From a bacterium (GTDB lineage Bacteria > Armatimonadota > Fimbriimonadia > Fimbriimonadales > Fimbriimonadaceae): a DNA stretch of 64,000 nt. Within the stretch, counting starts at the first letter, position 1; each line of letters starts with the position of its first letter. Shown one piece after another: positions 54,415 to 63,779 of the stretch. Under the pieces are notes generated by a model. It was not told the origin of the DNA. It made no database searches and worked only from the letters and a program-made list of their open reading frames with translations. The position numbers and the translations under genes are program-made. The stretch covers positions 84,824 to 148,823 of the forward strand of contig JBBCJD010000003.1 in NCBI GenBank assembly GCA_037189405.1, given 5' to 3'.

Positions 54415-54807
54415 TTAGCGCTTAACGAACTGGAAGCCGCGTCGCGCCTTCTTGCGACCGTACTTCTTGCGCTCTTTCACGCGCTGATCGCGCGTCAGAA
54501 ACCCGCCTTGACGGAGCGAGCCTCGAAAGCCTTCGTCAACCTCGAGCAGCGCACGGGAGATCCCGAGCTTGATCGCGCCGGCTTGGCCGGTGATACCGCC
54601 GCCTTTGCAGAGCGCCTTGACGTCGTACTTGCCCTCAAGCGCGAGGTGCACGAGCGGGCTCTTGACGAGGATCTCCAGCACGGGTCGGCCGAGGTACTGC
54701 TTGAAATCGCGACCGTTGATGCTAATATTGCCTTCGCCGGGCACGATCCAAACGCGCGCGATCGCGCTCTTGCGCCGGCCGGTACCGTAATTATCTTGCC
54801 TTGCCAT
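54415..54807 (-). CDS. rpsI: 30S ribosomal protein S9
   Basis: GTGRRKSAIARVW..PG.G.I.ING, GGG.TGQAGA...GI.RAL, C-terminal KKYGRKKARR.FQF.KR. Confidence 0.95.
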   Translation of the reverse strand: MARQDNYGTGRRKSAIARVWIVPGEGNISINGRDFKQYLGRPVLEILVKSPLVHLALEGKYDVKALCKGGGITGQAGAIKLGISRALLEVDEGFRGSLRQGGFLTRDQRVKERKKYGRKKARRGFQFVKR

Positions 54808-55250
54808 TAGTGCTTCACCTTCGTGACGTCGAGCAACTCGGGGTTCTGGGCGGCGTGCGGATGCTCCGCGCCCGGATAGACCTTGAGCTTCTTGATGATC
54901 TGATGCCCCAGCTTATGCTTGGGCGTCATGCCCCAGATGGCTTTCTCGACCAGCTTGGCCGAATCCTTCTCCAGCAGTTGGCCGCGCGACACGTTGCGCA
55001 ACCCGCCGGGCCAGCCGGTGTGCCAATAGATCAGCTCGTTCTGCTTGTTGCCGGTCAGCACGACGCGGTCGGCGTTGATCACCACCACGAAGTCGCCCAC
55101 GTCGGCATTATAAGAAAAAGTGGGTTTGTTCTTACCCCGAAGCACCTGCGCGACTTGCGCAGCCAGTCGCCCGAGAGGGATCCCCGTCGCATCGACGAGG
55201 TACCACTTTCGGTCCACTGTGCCTTCTTTTACCGTAGTCGTCCTATTCAT
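54807..55250 (-). CDS. rplM: 50S ribosomal protein L13
   Basis: RKWYLVDA.G..LGRLA..VA..LRGK.KP.F; GMTPK..LG; TAATG junction with rpsI. Confidence 0.95.
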   Translation of the reverse strand: MNRTTTVKEGTVDRKWYLVDATGIPLGRLAAQVAQVLRGKNKPTFSYNADVGDFVVVINADRVVLTGNKQNELIYWHTGWPGGLRNVSRGQLLEKDSAKLVEKAIWGMTPKHKLGHQIIKKLKVYPGAEHPHAAQNPELLDVTKVKH

Positions 55251-55307
55251 TTTTCGCTCACGTAACTTGTTTTTTCGTCCGGTCTCCCGGCTCAAAAAAT
55301 CGTTTCT

Positions 55308-56096
55308 TCAACTTGACAAAACTGTTCGACTGTCTCGGGGCGGGCGCCCATAGCGCACACGCATCAGACAAAGACCGCACGCGGGCAAAACCACCGGCCA
55401 CGCCAAAAGATCGCGCTCCGCGAGATCGAGCAACCGCGCCAGATCTTCCGGCGGACGATGCCCACGCCCGACTTCGAAAAGCCCTCCGGCGATGCGACGC
55501 ATCATACCGCGAAGGAACGCCGTGCCTCGAATCTGCAAACGAATCTCTCCGCCGACTCGGCTCAAACGAACCTCATGCAACGTGCGACGGGTGTTTTCGA
55601 CGTGCGGTGCAAGCTCCTCGGTGAACGCACGAAAATCGTGCTCTCCGACCAAAGCGACCGCGGCCTCGCGCATCGCCTCCAAATCCAACTGGCGGCCGTA
55701 ATCGAATCGAAACCGACTCAAGAACGGATCTCCGGGCTGGCGCTCTGCGATTCGATACCGATATGTTCGGTCCTCAGCGCAAAAGCGGCTATGGAAAGCT
55801 GGGCTCACGCGAACCGAGCGCTGCACTTGCAGATCGCGCGGCAAGCGCCGGTTCAGCACTCGAACCCATTTAGCGGGATCCATTGGCAGCGCGGTATCAA
55901 AATGACACACTTGCCCTTGGGCGTGCGCGCCGCTATCGGTGCGGCTGGCGCCCCAAATCTCGGTTTCCTCGCCCGAGACACTACGAACAGCTTCTGTCAA
56001 GGTGCCCTGGACCGTTCGGTGCCCAGGCTGTGCGGCCCAGCCGCAAAAATCGGTGCCGTCGTACGCGACGACGAGCCGGATTCGCTTAGTCGACAA
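55308..56096 (-). CDS. truA: tRNA pseudouridine(38-40) synthase
   Basis: RIRLVVAYDGTDFCGWAAQPG.RTVQG, GASRTDSGAHA.GQV.HF, HDF..F. Confidence 0.9.
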   Translation of the reverse strand: MSTKRIRLVVAYDGTDFCGWAAQPGHRTVQGTLTEAVRSVSGEETEIWGASRTDSGAHAQGQVCHFDTALPMDPAKWVRVLNRRLPRDLQVQRSVRVSPAFHSRFCAEDRTYRYRIAERQPGDPFLSRFRFDYGRQLDLEAMREAAVALVGEHDFRAFTEELAPHVENTRRTLHEVRLSRVGGEIRLQIRGTAFLRGMMRRIAGGLFEVGRGHRPPEDLARLLDLAERDLLAWPVVLPACGLCLMRVRYGRPPRDSRTVLSS

Positions 56097-56532
56097 GCTC
56101 GAGCACTGCGGTCGGCGCTCCGTCGCCTCGGCGGGTGCCCGTCTTCACCAGACGCGTGTAACCGCCGTTGCGCTCCTTAAAGCGCGGCCCAATGTTGTCG
56201 AACAGGTGCTTGACGAGGTCCTCGCCGTTGAGCAAACTGCGCTGCTGGAGGATCTGTGTCTTCTCCAACGCGGTTTTGCCCTCCAGACCTTTCGGAACCG
56301 GACTGCTGCTGGAGTGACCCACGAGCACGCGTCGAGCGCGGCGTCGGGCGTCGAGCGAGTCCTCACGGCTGAGGGTGATCAGCTTCTCGACGAGACGCTG
56401 CAGCTCCTTGGCGCGACCGAAAGTGGTGCGCACGTAGCCGTGGCGGATGAACTGGCGCTGCAGGTTGGTGAGCAGCGCGCGGCGCTGATCGCTCGGCAGA
56501 CCTAACTTACGACGATCGACTAAGTGTCTCAT
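56086..56532 (-). CDS. rplQ: 50S ribosomal protein L17 (with a ~25-aa internal insertion)
   Basis: MRHL...RKLG...DQRRALL.NL........RTT..RAKELQRLVEKLITL; RNGGYTR..K.G.RRGD.AP. Confidence 0.9.
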   Translation of the reverse strand: MRHLVDRRKLGLPSDQRRALLTNLQRQFIRHGYVRTTFGRAKELQRLVEKLITLSREDSLDARRRARRVLVGHSSSSPVPKGLEGKTALEKTQILQQRSLLNGEDLVKHLFDNIGPRFKERNGGYTRLVKTGTRRGDGAPTAVLELVD

Positions 56533-56562
56533 GGAAATCCTTAACTATGCCTCGACGGGGAC

Positions 56563-57561
56563 TTACGCGAAATCCTCGTCGTCCTCCTCATCATCGTCCA
56601 TCGAGTCGAGTACACGGTACCCGCCCTTCGGAGCTTTGAGTTCCAAACCGTTTTCTTGCAGCTTGTCGCGCACTTCGACGAGCGACTTCTTGCCGAAGCC
56701 TCGAATGCTCGTGAGGTCGGTCTCGCTGACCGCCGCAAGCGCACGGAGCGTGGTCAGCCCCGCCCGGCGCAGGCAGTTGAACGTTCGCTGCGAAAAATCG
56801 AGCTCTTCGATCCGCAGATCGGGCACGTTCGCCAACTCCGGCGAAAGAGCCTCGTCCTCTTCCCCGGCAGCCTCGAAACCCGGCTCGCCGATATCGAAGA
56901 ACATGCGGAAATACTTATCTAGAATTCGGGCCGCTTGCGACACCGCGTCGTTCGGCGACACCGCGCCGTTCGTGATGACGTCCAGCACGAGGCGCTCGTA
57001 GTCGGTGCGCATGCCCACACGGGTCGCTTCGACGCTGTAGTTCACCTTGCGAACCGGGGTGTATTGTGCGCCCATCGGGATCACACCGATCACGCCTTTA
57101 TAGCGATCTTGCTTTTCGGGAAGCAGATAGCCCGCGCCCCAGCCGACGTAGATCTCCATATTCAACGTCGCATCCGCGCCGGACACAGTCGCGATATACA
57201 TCTCGGGGTTCACGATCTCGATCCCTTCGGGGCATACCACGTCGGCGCCAGTCACGGTTCCCTTCCCTTTGACCTCGAGTCGCAGAACCTGATCTTCCTG
57301 CAGCAACTCGCCCGAAGCGCGAATCGCGAGGTCTTTGAGGTTCAGCAAAAGCTCGGTCGTGTCCTCTTTAACGCCGGGAATCGGCGAAAACTCGTGGAAC
57401 ACCTTGTCGATCCGCACCGCGCTAATCGCGGCGCCTTGAATCGAGGAGAGCAGCACGCGGCGAAGCGCGTTGCCGATGGTCTGCCCGTAGCCGCGCTCCA
57501 GCGGCTCCAGGACAAACTTACCGTAATCGGTCTGCAGATCGAGGGTTGTAATGTGTGGCAT
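56563..57561 (-). CDS. rpoA: DNA-directed RNA polymerase subunit alpha
   Basis: GKFVLEPLERGYGQTIGNALRRVLLSSI.GAA; C-terminal domain ELDFSQRTFNCLRRAGLTTL..L. Confidence 0.95.
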   Translation of the reverse strand: MPHITTLDLQTDYGKFVLEPLERGYGQTIGNALRRVLLSSIQGAAISAVRIDKVFHEFSPIPGVKEDTTELLLNLKDLAIRASGELLQEDQVLRLEVKGKGTVTGADVVCPEGIEIVNPEMYIATVSGADATLNMEIYVGWGAGYLLPEKQDRYKGVIGVIPMGAQYTPVRKVNYSVEATRVGMRTDYERLVLDVITNGAVSPNDAVSQAARILDKYFRMFFDIGEPGFEAAGEEDEALSPELANVPDLRIEELDFSQRTFNCLRRAGLTTLRALAAVSETDLTSIRGFGKKSLVEVRDKLQENGLELKAPKGGYRVLDSMDDDEEDDEDFA

Positions 57562-57600
57562 GGGTAATCGAATGAGAATCCCTAAGGAAACCGAAGGCGG

Positions 57601-57993
57601 TTAGACGCGTCGCCTCTTGGGAGGGCGGCACCCGTTGTGCGGCACCGGCGTCACATCGCTGATGCTCGTCACCTCGAGCCCGGACGCCTGCAGCGAGCGA
57701 ATCGCGGTTTCGCGACCACCCCCAGGCCCCCGAACGAACACGTCCACCTTTTTCAGGCCGTGAAACTGCGCTTTGCGCGAAGCGTTCTCCGCCGCGACCT
57801 GCGCCGCGAACGGGGTGCCCTTGCGGCTGCCCTTGAAGTTGACGCCGCCCGCGCTGGACCAGCTGATCACGTTCCCCTTGGGGTCCGTGATCGTAACGAT
57901 CGTATTGTTGAAGGACGAGTAGATGTGCGCGGCGCCCACCGGCACGTTCTTCGATTCCTTCTGCTTGCCTCTTTGAACGTTCTTTCTTGCCAT
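57601..57993 (-). CDS. rpsK: 30S ribosomal protein S11
   Basis: [26 protein letters not shown]...FKGSRK.TPFAAQ.AAE; GPGGGRE.AIR.L...GLEV..I.DVTP.PHNGCRP.KRRR. Confidence 0.95.
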   Translation of the reverse strand: MARKNVQRGKQKESKNVPVGAAHIYSSFNNTIVTITDPKGNVISWSSAGGVNFKGSRKGTPFAAQVAAENASRKAQFHGLKKVDVFVRGPGGGRETAIRSLQASGLEVTSISDVTPVPHNGCRPPKRRRV

Positions 57994-58003
57994 GAATTCC
58001 TAC

Positions 58004-58381
58004 TTACTTCTTGGCCTTCTTCTTGCCGGCGACCGTCTTGCGGATACCTTTTCGAGAGCGCGCGTTGCTGCGGGTGTTTTGACCGCGCGTCGGCAGACCG
58101 CGACGATGGCGAAGCCCACGATAAGAGCCGATCTCGATCAGGCGACGGATGTTGCCCTGCACTTCACGGCGCAGGTCGCCTTCGACCTGATAATCTCGGT
58201 CGATGATTTCGCGAAGCTGACCGACCTGAATCTCGTCGAGGTCGCGCACCTTCAGACGCGGGTCGAGCCCGGCCTTCTCAAGGACTTCGGCGGCGTTGTG
58301 CTTGCCAATGCCATAAATGTGCGGCAAAGCGTACAACAACGCCTTGTCGCGCGGTAGGTCAACTCCTGCAATTCGTGCCAT
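58004..58381 (-). CDS. rpsM: 30S ribosomal protein S13
   Basis: [13 protein letters not shown].....L..IYGIG; SYRG.RHR.GLP.RGQ.T..NAR.RKG. Confidence 0.95.
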   Translation of the reverse strand: MARIAGVDLPRDKALLYALPHIYGIGKHNAAEVLEKAGLDPRLKVRDLDEIQVGQLREIIDRDYQVEGDLRREVQGNIRRLIEIGSYRGLRHRRGLPTRGQNTRSNARSRKGIRKTVAGKKKAKK

Positions 58382-58408
58382 GCTTCGCTAATCTTTCTCC
58401 TGGGCGCC

Positions 58409-58522
58409 TTAACCTTGGCGCTGCTTGTGTTTGGCGTTAATGCAAATCACCCGCACTACGCCCTTGCGCTTGATGATCTTGCACTTATCGCACATCTTCT
58501 TCACGCTGGCTCTGACTTTCAT
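58409..58522 (-). CDS. rpmJ: 50S ribosomal protein L36 (37 aa, below the ORF-track cutoff)
   Basis: Minus-strand translation [37 protein letters not shown]. Confidence 0.9.
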   Translation of the reverse strand: MKVRASVKKMCDKCKIIKRKGVVRVICINAKHKQRQG

Positions 58523-58820
58523 CTCGTTTTCAATTCCTTCTTTAGTGCGGTCCTTCGGGTGACGGACGTCCAAACACGCTAAAGCCCGAGGGGGCCTCGA
58601 CGCAATGGCGAATTATACCCAAGGCGGACGCGAAATCAACGCCTTTTTCCGGAGGCGAACGGTCCGCTCCGGCCGCAGCCCCAAAACTATACCCGAGAGC
58701 CTTTCCGGCGCGCGCGGTCATAAAGATCGAAGGCCTCTAGGGAACCCCTTTTCGCGTTCTCTACGTAAGCCTTTGTGGGCGGATCGTGCCGCCTCAGACC
58801 GACAGTCAAAAGGGATATTT

Positions 58821-59360
58821 ATGATGAAACAGTTTAAATTTAAAATGGTCGCGGCTCTCGCGCTCGCGGGGTTGATTGGAGTTGGAATCGCACAGCAAAA
58901 CGGAGAGGTTACGCTCAAAGTCGGGGACAAGGCTCCTGCGATGACCGTCTCCAAGTGGGTGAAAGGCACCCCGGCGACCCAGTTCGAGCCCGGCAAGGTG
59001 TACGTCGTCGAATTCTGGGCCACATGGTGCGGCCCCTGCATCGCGGTGTTCCCTCATCTGAGCGAACTCGCGAAAAAGTATGGCGATAAAGTTCACATCA
59101 GCGGCATCAACATCGCCGACAAACCGACCCAGGCAGACTATGTTGAGCGCATCGAGAAGTTTGTGAAAGACCAGGGAGACAGAATGAGCTACAACGTCGC
59201 GACCGACACCTCGGACAGCGCGATGCAAAAGACCTGGTTCCGCGCAGCGGGTCAAAACGGCATTCCGTGCGCCATGATCGTCGACAAAGAGGGCAAGATC
59301 GCCTGGATCGGCCATCCGAGTCGAATGGACGAGCCGCTCGCGGCAGCCGTCGCCAAATAA
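58821..59360 (+). CDS. Exported thioredoxin-like protein (TlpA/ResA type)
   Basis: Signal peptide; VVEFWATWCGPCIAVFPHL; GIPCAMIVDKEGKIAWIG. Confidence 0.75.
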   Translation: MMKQFKFKMVAALALAGLIGVGIAQQNGEVTLKVGDKAPAMTVSKWVKGTPATQFEPGKVYVVEFWATWCGPCIAVFPHLSELAKKYGDKVHISGINIADKPTQADYVERIEKFVKDQGDRMSYNVATDTSDSAMQKTWFRAAGQNGIPCAMIVDKEGKIAWIGHPSRMDEPLAAAVAK

Positions 59361-59370
59361 GCTTCCCCAA

Positions 59371-59400
59371 AAGCCCCCGGGATTCCCGGGGGCTTTTTTA
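59371..59400 (+). terminator. Intrinsic terminator after the first thioredoxin-like gene
   Basis: AGCCCCCGGGA / TCCCGGGGGCT stem followed by TTTTTT. Confidence 0.65.
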
Positions 59401-59586
59401 TTGGTGAGGCTTTCCCAAAGCGCGCCCCGGAGAAAGTATCTTCCGATTCTCGAACTTCGGGCCGCACCGAGGCAGTCCAATAAAATGCCCTCTCGGTCGA
59501 ATCAACCGTAAAACGTTCGAAGCAATGACCGTATCGGGTAATACCTTGAATGTCAAGATAATCCTGACGGTGAATTGAGGATAAAC

Positions 59587-60681
59587 ATGTGGAAATGGAA
59601 ACGAAATGCGATGCTCGCGTTGGGTCTTGCGGCCCTCGCGCCCTGGGTTCAAGCGCAAAGCGGGGGCTCCGTCACGCTGAAAGCAGGGGATAAAGCTCCC
59701 AAGCTCGAAGTCGCCCGTTGGATGAAGGGGCAAAAGACCGAGAGCTTTCAGCCCGGCAAAGTATATGTCGTCGAATTCTGGGCCACGTGGTGCGGCCCGT
59801 GCATCGCGGCGTTCCCGCACCTGACCGAGCTGGCGAAGAAATACCAAGGCAAGGTGAATTTCACCGGCGTGAACGTGTGGGAAACGAATAATCCGCAAGA
59901 CGCCAGCTACCTCGACAAAGTCGAGAAGTTCGTGAAAGATCAAGGGGATCGCATGGGCTATAACGTCGCGGCGGACACCCCCCAAGGCGCGATGGCCAAG
60001 ACGTGGCTCGAAGCCGCCGGGCAAAATGGCATCCCGTGCGCGTTCATCGTGAACCAAGAAGGCAAGATCGCCTGGATCGGTCATCCGATGGATCATATGG
60101 ATCAGGTTCTGGATCAGGTGCTGGCGGGAACGTTCGACATCGAAAAGCACGCGGCGATTCAGGCCGCCGCCCAAACCAAGCAAGCCGAGCTTGAGAAGAT
60201 TCTCGCGCCGCTCGTCGCAGCGATCGAGGCCAGCGACTACCCCAAAGCGTGGGAGCTTTACGAAACCGCGGTTAAAGACGCCCCCGAACTCGAAGAGGCG
60301 CTTTGGGCGGTCAAGATCCAAATCCTGTTGCACACGAACCCCGCCGAAGCCGCCCGCGTGACCCGCCTCATGTTCGAGGTCCACCTGCGCGACGATGCGA
60401 ATGGGCTCAACACCATCGCTTACATGATCGTCGGAGACGACGAAATTAAGTCGGCAGACTACGATCTGGCCCTTCAGATGGCGCAACGCGCCGTCTCGTT
60501 GACCCAAGAAAAGAACGCTTATATCTTGGACACGCTGGCTTTCGCATACTTCCGTAAGAACGACAAAGCCAAGGCGGTGTCGGTCCAGGAGAAGGCGATC
60601 GCTCTCGCCGAGGCGGATGGGGAGTTCCCCGCCGAAGTGCTCGAAGAGATGAAGCAAAACCTCAAACGGTTCAAGTCGTAA
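59587..60681 (+). CDS. Exported thioredoxin-like protein, paralog of the preceding gene, with a ~190-aa helical (TPR-like) C-terminal extension
   Basis: VVEFWATWCGPCIAAFPHL; GIPCAFIVNQEGKIAWIG; C-terminal ILDTLAFAYFRKNDKAKAVSVQEKAIALA. Confidence 0.7.
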   Translation: MWKWKRNAMLALGLAALAPWVQAQSGGSVTLKAGDKAPKLEVARWMKGQKTESFQPGKVYVVEFWATWCGPCIAAFPHLTELAKKYQGKVNFTGVNVWETNNPQDASYLDKVEKFVKDQGDRMGYNVAADTPQGAMAKTWLEAAGQNGIPCAFIVNQEGKIAWIGHPMDHMDQVLDQVLAGTFDIEKHAAIQAAAQTKQAELEKILAPLVAAIEASDYPKAWELYETAVKDAPELEEALWAVKIQILLHTNPAEAARVTRLMFEVHLRDDANGLNTIAYMIVGDDEIKSADYDLALQMAQRAVSLTQEKNAYILDTLAFAYFRKNDKAKAVSVQEKAIALAEADGEFPAEVLEEMKQNLKRFKS

Positions 60682-60700
60682 ATTCGGCTTGTCCGCGCCA

Positions 60701-60736
60701 AGAAAGGAGTGCCCAAGCGGCGCTCCTTTCTTTTTA
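60701..60736 (+). terminator. Intrinsic terminator after the second thioredoxin-like gene
   Basis: AGAAAGGAG-13 nt-CTCCTTTCT followed by TTTT. Confidence 0.55.
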
Positions 60737-60814
60737 AGCTTCCTTCCAAGAATAGAACGGGATAGAATAAGGCGACCCGGCGCCTCAAACGAGCGGCCCA
60801 GATTTTTTAAGCCG

Positions 60815-61288
60815 ATGCGATCTTGGATCTCCTCCCTTCTCTGCCTCACGCTCGTTTACGCGGTAGGATTCGTCGGTCACTTGGGCGCGCTCCAAGGCCT
60901 TCGCACGTGGTATCCCGTCTTGGAACTTCCCGCCTGGGCACCTTCTCCGGGTGTTTTCGGACTCCTCTGGACGGTGCTTTCGCTTCCGACCGCGCTCGCG
61001 CTCGCACATCTTTGGGACGCCCCGAAAGCCGCTGCGCGTACTTGGGCGCTCGGGCTTTTCGGGCTTTATCTCACCCTCCACGCGCTTTGGCCCTGGCTCC
61101 TGCTCGCTTGGCAAAAGCCGCGTCCCGCGCTTTTCGAAAGCTTTGCGATGTTCGGAGTGATCCTGGCACTCCTCGTGTGCGGGTTTGCCGCCAAACGTTC
61201 CGCAGGATGGCTGCTTCTTCCCGCGCTCGCTTGGAGCGTTTTCGCGGCGCTGCTCAGCGCGCAAATCGTTCGGGCTTTAAGTTTATAA
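60815..61288 (+). CDS. TspO/MBR family tryptophan-rich sensory protein
   Basis: Five-TM ~157-aa protein; WYPVLELPAWAPSPGVFGLLWTVL, LHALWPWLLLAW, LLLPALAWSVFAALLS. Confidence 0.7.
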   Translation: MRSWISSLLCLTLVYAVGFVGHLGALQGLRTWYPVLELPAWAPSPGVFGLLWTVLSLPTALALAHLWDAPKAAARTWALGLFGLYLTLHALWPWLLLAWQKPRPALFESFAMFGVILALLVCGFAAKRSAGWLLLPALAWSVFAALLSAQIVRALSL

Positions 61289-61805
61289 GATCGTTCTGTA
61301 GCGTCAACGACTCGTCTCCTTGCCTCGCTGACTGCGCATCAAGCGCAAGGAACCCACGAATTGGAAACGCCCCTTGGGTGAGGTGGCAATGAAGGCCGAG
61401 TTGCGCTTCAGCCGATTCCATCGTCTAAGTCGTCGTGGAGGGCGAATATGGAAACGAACTCTCACACGAAATAGCCCCAACGATCTTGACCTTCATCTCT
61501 CGTTTTACAAACAGACAGCAATGACTAGTATGAAGAACCCCGCCATTCACTGAAAAATGCAGAAAGCCTTCTTAGCCAACTGGACATCAAACGGCTTAAC
61601 CTGACACCCTTTCGACAGAAACGGCCTTTAGATCTATCGGCCCAAGACCTCCATTAAAGCCAACCGACATGTGTCAGTGAGCCACACGCCGTAAATGAAA
61701 AGTCTTGGTGCAAAGGTCCACGCTCCAGAAATGCCGCTCCCGCACTTCATCAGCTTTTGAAAGCGCGCCGCAAGCGCAACGAACAGAAACTATTTCCATG
61801 AAATG

Positions 61806-61831
61806 CGAAATAGATGCTATCATTTATTTCG
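61806..61831. promoter_or_regulatory. 12-2-12 imperfect inverted repeat, candidate ArsR/SmtB operator
   Basis: CGAAATAGATGC-TA-TCATTTATTTCG; 10 of 12 positions are complementary. It overlaps the arsR start region. Confidence 0.45.
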
Positions 61832-62179
61832 ATGACGAGCGAAACTCTGCAACGCGCTTTGAAGGCCTTATCCGATCCGACGCGTTTGCGCATCGTAGAA
61901 TTCCTTTCGGGTGTTTGTTGCCATACTGCCGCCATAGACGAGCATGGCGGAGTTTACAAGGCCCCGACGGCAAGCGAGGTTTGTTGCCACATCACCGGAG
62001 CAGAAAAGATCACTTCGACGGTTTCACACCACTTGCACGAGCTCGAAGCGGCCGGTTTAATCCGCATCGAGCGGCAGGGAACAAAGATGCTCTGCACTTT
62101 GAAGCCCGAAAGCTTTGAAACACTCGCACAGGAGTTTCAGCGCATCGCCAAAGGAGAAACCCCCAATGAATGTTGCTAA
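61814..62179 (+). CDS. arsR: ArsR/SmtB family metalloregulator (alternative start ATG 61832)
   Basis: LKALSDPTRLRIVEFL, VCCHITG...STVSHHLHELEAAGLI; extra Cys pairs (VCCH, C-terminal ECC). Confidence 0.8.
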   Translation: MLSFISMTSETLQRALKALSDPTRLRIVEFLSGVCCHTAAIDEHGGVYKAPTASEVCCHITGAEKITSTVSHHLHELEAAGLIRIERQGTKMLCTLKPESFETLAQEFQRIAKGETPNECC

Positions 62180-62657
62180 AGCCCACCTTTCGCTGAACGT
62201 GACCGACATCGAAAAATCGGCTGCCTGGTACAAAGTCTTTTTCGGAGTACGGGCACACAAACGGCGTCCAGGCTACGCGAACTTCGATCTTGAGTCGCCG
62301 GCATTGAAACTCGCGCTGACAGAGCACCCCGCTGGCAAGGGAGGCCCGCTCAACCATCTCGGAATCCTGGTTGCATCGACGCATGAAGTAAGTGCAGTCA
62401 AACAGAGGCTTGAGCAATCCGGCTTGATCACATTCTCCGAAGAGAACGTAACTTGTTGCTACGCCCTACAGGACAAGATTTGGGTTCGCGATCCAGACGG
62501 CAATGCATGGGAAGTTTACACCTTGCTCGATGATTTGAACGACGACGACCCTGATCACCACCATGAAACCGGTAAAACGGTTACTGCCCATTGCACACCT
62601 GCCGCGGGCGGTCAGAGCTTTGCTTGCTGCACCGACACCGCCGAACGCTGTTCATGA
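62166..62657 (+). CDS. arsI: ArsI/CadI-type VOC (glyoxalase fold) metalloenzyme
   Basis: HLSLNVTDIEKSAAWYKVFFG, RPGYANFDLESPALKLAL, LNHLGI, vicinal Cys TCCYALQDKIWVRDPDGNAWEVY; Cys/His-rich tail. Confidence 0.7.
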   Translation: MNVAKAHLSLNVTDIEKSAAWYKVFFGVRAHKRRPGYANFDLESPALKLALTEHPAGKGGPLNHLGILVASTHEVSAVKQRLEQSGLITFSEENVTCCYALQDKIWVRDPDGNAWEVYTLLDDLNDDDPDHHHETGKTVTAHCTPAAGGQSFACCTDTAERCS

Positions 62658-63061
62658 AAACGGTTCTATTCGTTTGCATCCATAACACAGGCCGCTCGCA
62701 GATGGCGGAGGCGATCACCAACCACCAGGCGCTAGCGAAAGGCATCGACGTTCGCGCGAACTCGGCCGGCACAGAAGAAGGGCGAAGCCTCAACCTAACC
62801 GCAGTCGAAGCCATGAGCGAGATCGGAATCTCGATGAAGGGGCAGCGCCCGAAACTGCTCACGCAAACGATGGTCGATGAAGCCGATCGGATCATTTCGA
62901 TGGGTTGCGGAGTCGACGCCGCCTCATGCCCAGCTCGGTTTTTGCTAACCGACGATTGGGGCCTTGAGGATCCGGCCGGCGAGCCGATCGAAAAAGTGCG
63001 CGAGATCCGCGATGAAATATTGCGTCACGTCGTAGCGTTGCTTACGGAGTTCACACTGTGA
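62654..63061 (+). CDS. arsC: Arsenate reductase, LMW-PTP (thioredoxin-coupled) type
   Basis: VLFVCIHNTGRSQMAEA P-loop (CX5R), ISMGCGVDAASCP; ATGA overlap with arsI. Confidence 0.85.
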   Translation: MKTVLFVCIHNTGRSQMAEAITNHQALAKGIDVRANSAGTEEGRSLNLTAVEAMSEIGISMKGQRPKLLTQTMVDEADRIISMGCGVDAASCPARFLLTDDWGLEDPAGEPIEKVREIRDEILRHVVALLTEFTL

Positions 63062-63762
63062 AACGACGGTATGCAGCCGAGCTGCTCGGCACCTTTGGAA
63101 TCGTGTTTGCGCCTGTCGCTCTTTCGGCCACGTCGCAGATGGCCAACGGAGCCCCGGGGTTGCTTGCGGCCGCCCTCGTTTCAGGGCTCGCCGTGCTTGC
63201 CATGATCTGCGCCCTCGGGCCGATTTCAGCGCATTTCAATCCGGCCGTGACGATCGGTTTCGCATCGGCCGGCCACTTTTCTTGGCGTTATGTTTTGCCT
63301 TACATCGTCGCCCAACTCGCGGGAGCGATCCTCGCGACGGGAGCGGTCACACTGATCTTCGGAGCTGGCTTCGGGACTCACATTCCAGCGTCGGCCGACA
63401 CGCTCCGCAATGTCGGATCCGAGCTAATACTTTCATTTTTCCTGATGCTGGTCATCATCGCCATGGTGACCGATCGGCGCGTGAACTCTACCGCACCGGC
63501 GATCGCGATCGGCTTAACCGTAATGGTCTGCGTCCTCATCGGTGGCCCTGTAACGGGCGGATCGATGAACCCTGCCAGATCACTCGCCCCCGCGCTATTT
63601 TCGGGCGGGGAAGCTCTCAAAAGTGTGTGGCTATATTTGGCCATTCCTCCGATCGGAGCAATCCTCGCCACCAGGCTTTACAAGCTTATCTGCATCGAAC
63701 CAGACCAAGCGAAAGATGCACCTAGCGAGCTTTCTGCCGCACTCAAAATACGCCAACTGTAG
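63058..63762 (+). CDS. MIP-family channel (aquaglyceroporin/AqpS-like) in the ars operon
   Basis: Two NPA boxes (HFNPAVTIGFA, SMNPARSLAPA), six TM segments; GTG overlaps the arsC TGA. Confidence 0.85.
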   Translation: MKRRYAAELLGTFGIVFAPVALSATSQMANGAPGLLAAALVSGLAVLAMICALGPISAHFNPAVTIGFASAGHFSWRYVLPYIVAQLAGAILATGAVTLIFGAGFGTHIPASADTLRNVGSELILSFFLMLVIIAMVTDRRVNSTAPAIAIGLTVMVCVLIGGPVTGGSMNPARSLAPALFSGGEALKSVWLYLAIPPIGAILATRLYKLICIEPDQAKDAPSELSAALKIRQL

Positions 63763-63779
63763 AAAGAACGTGCAGAGAT

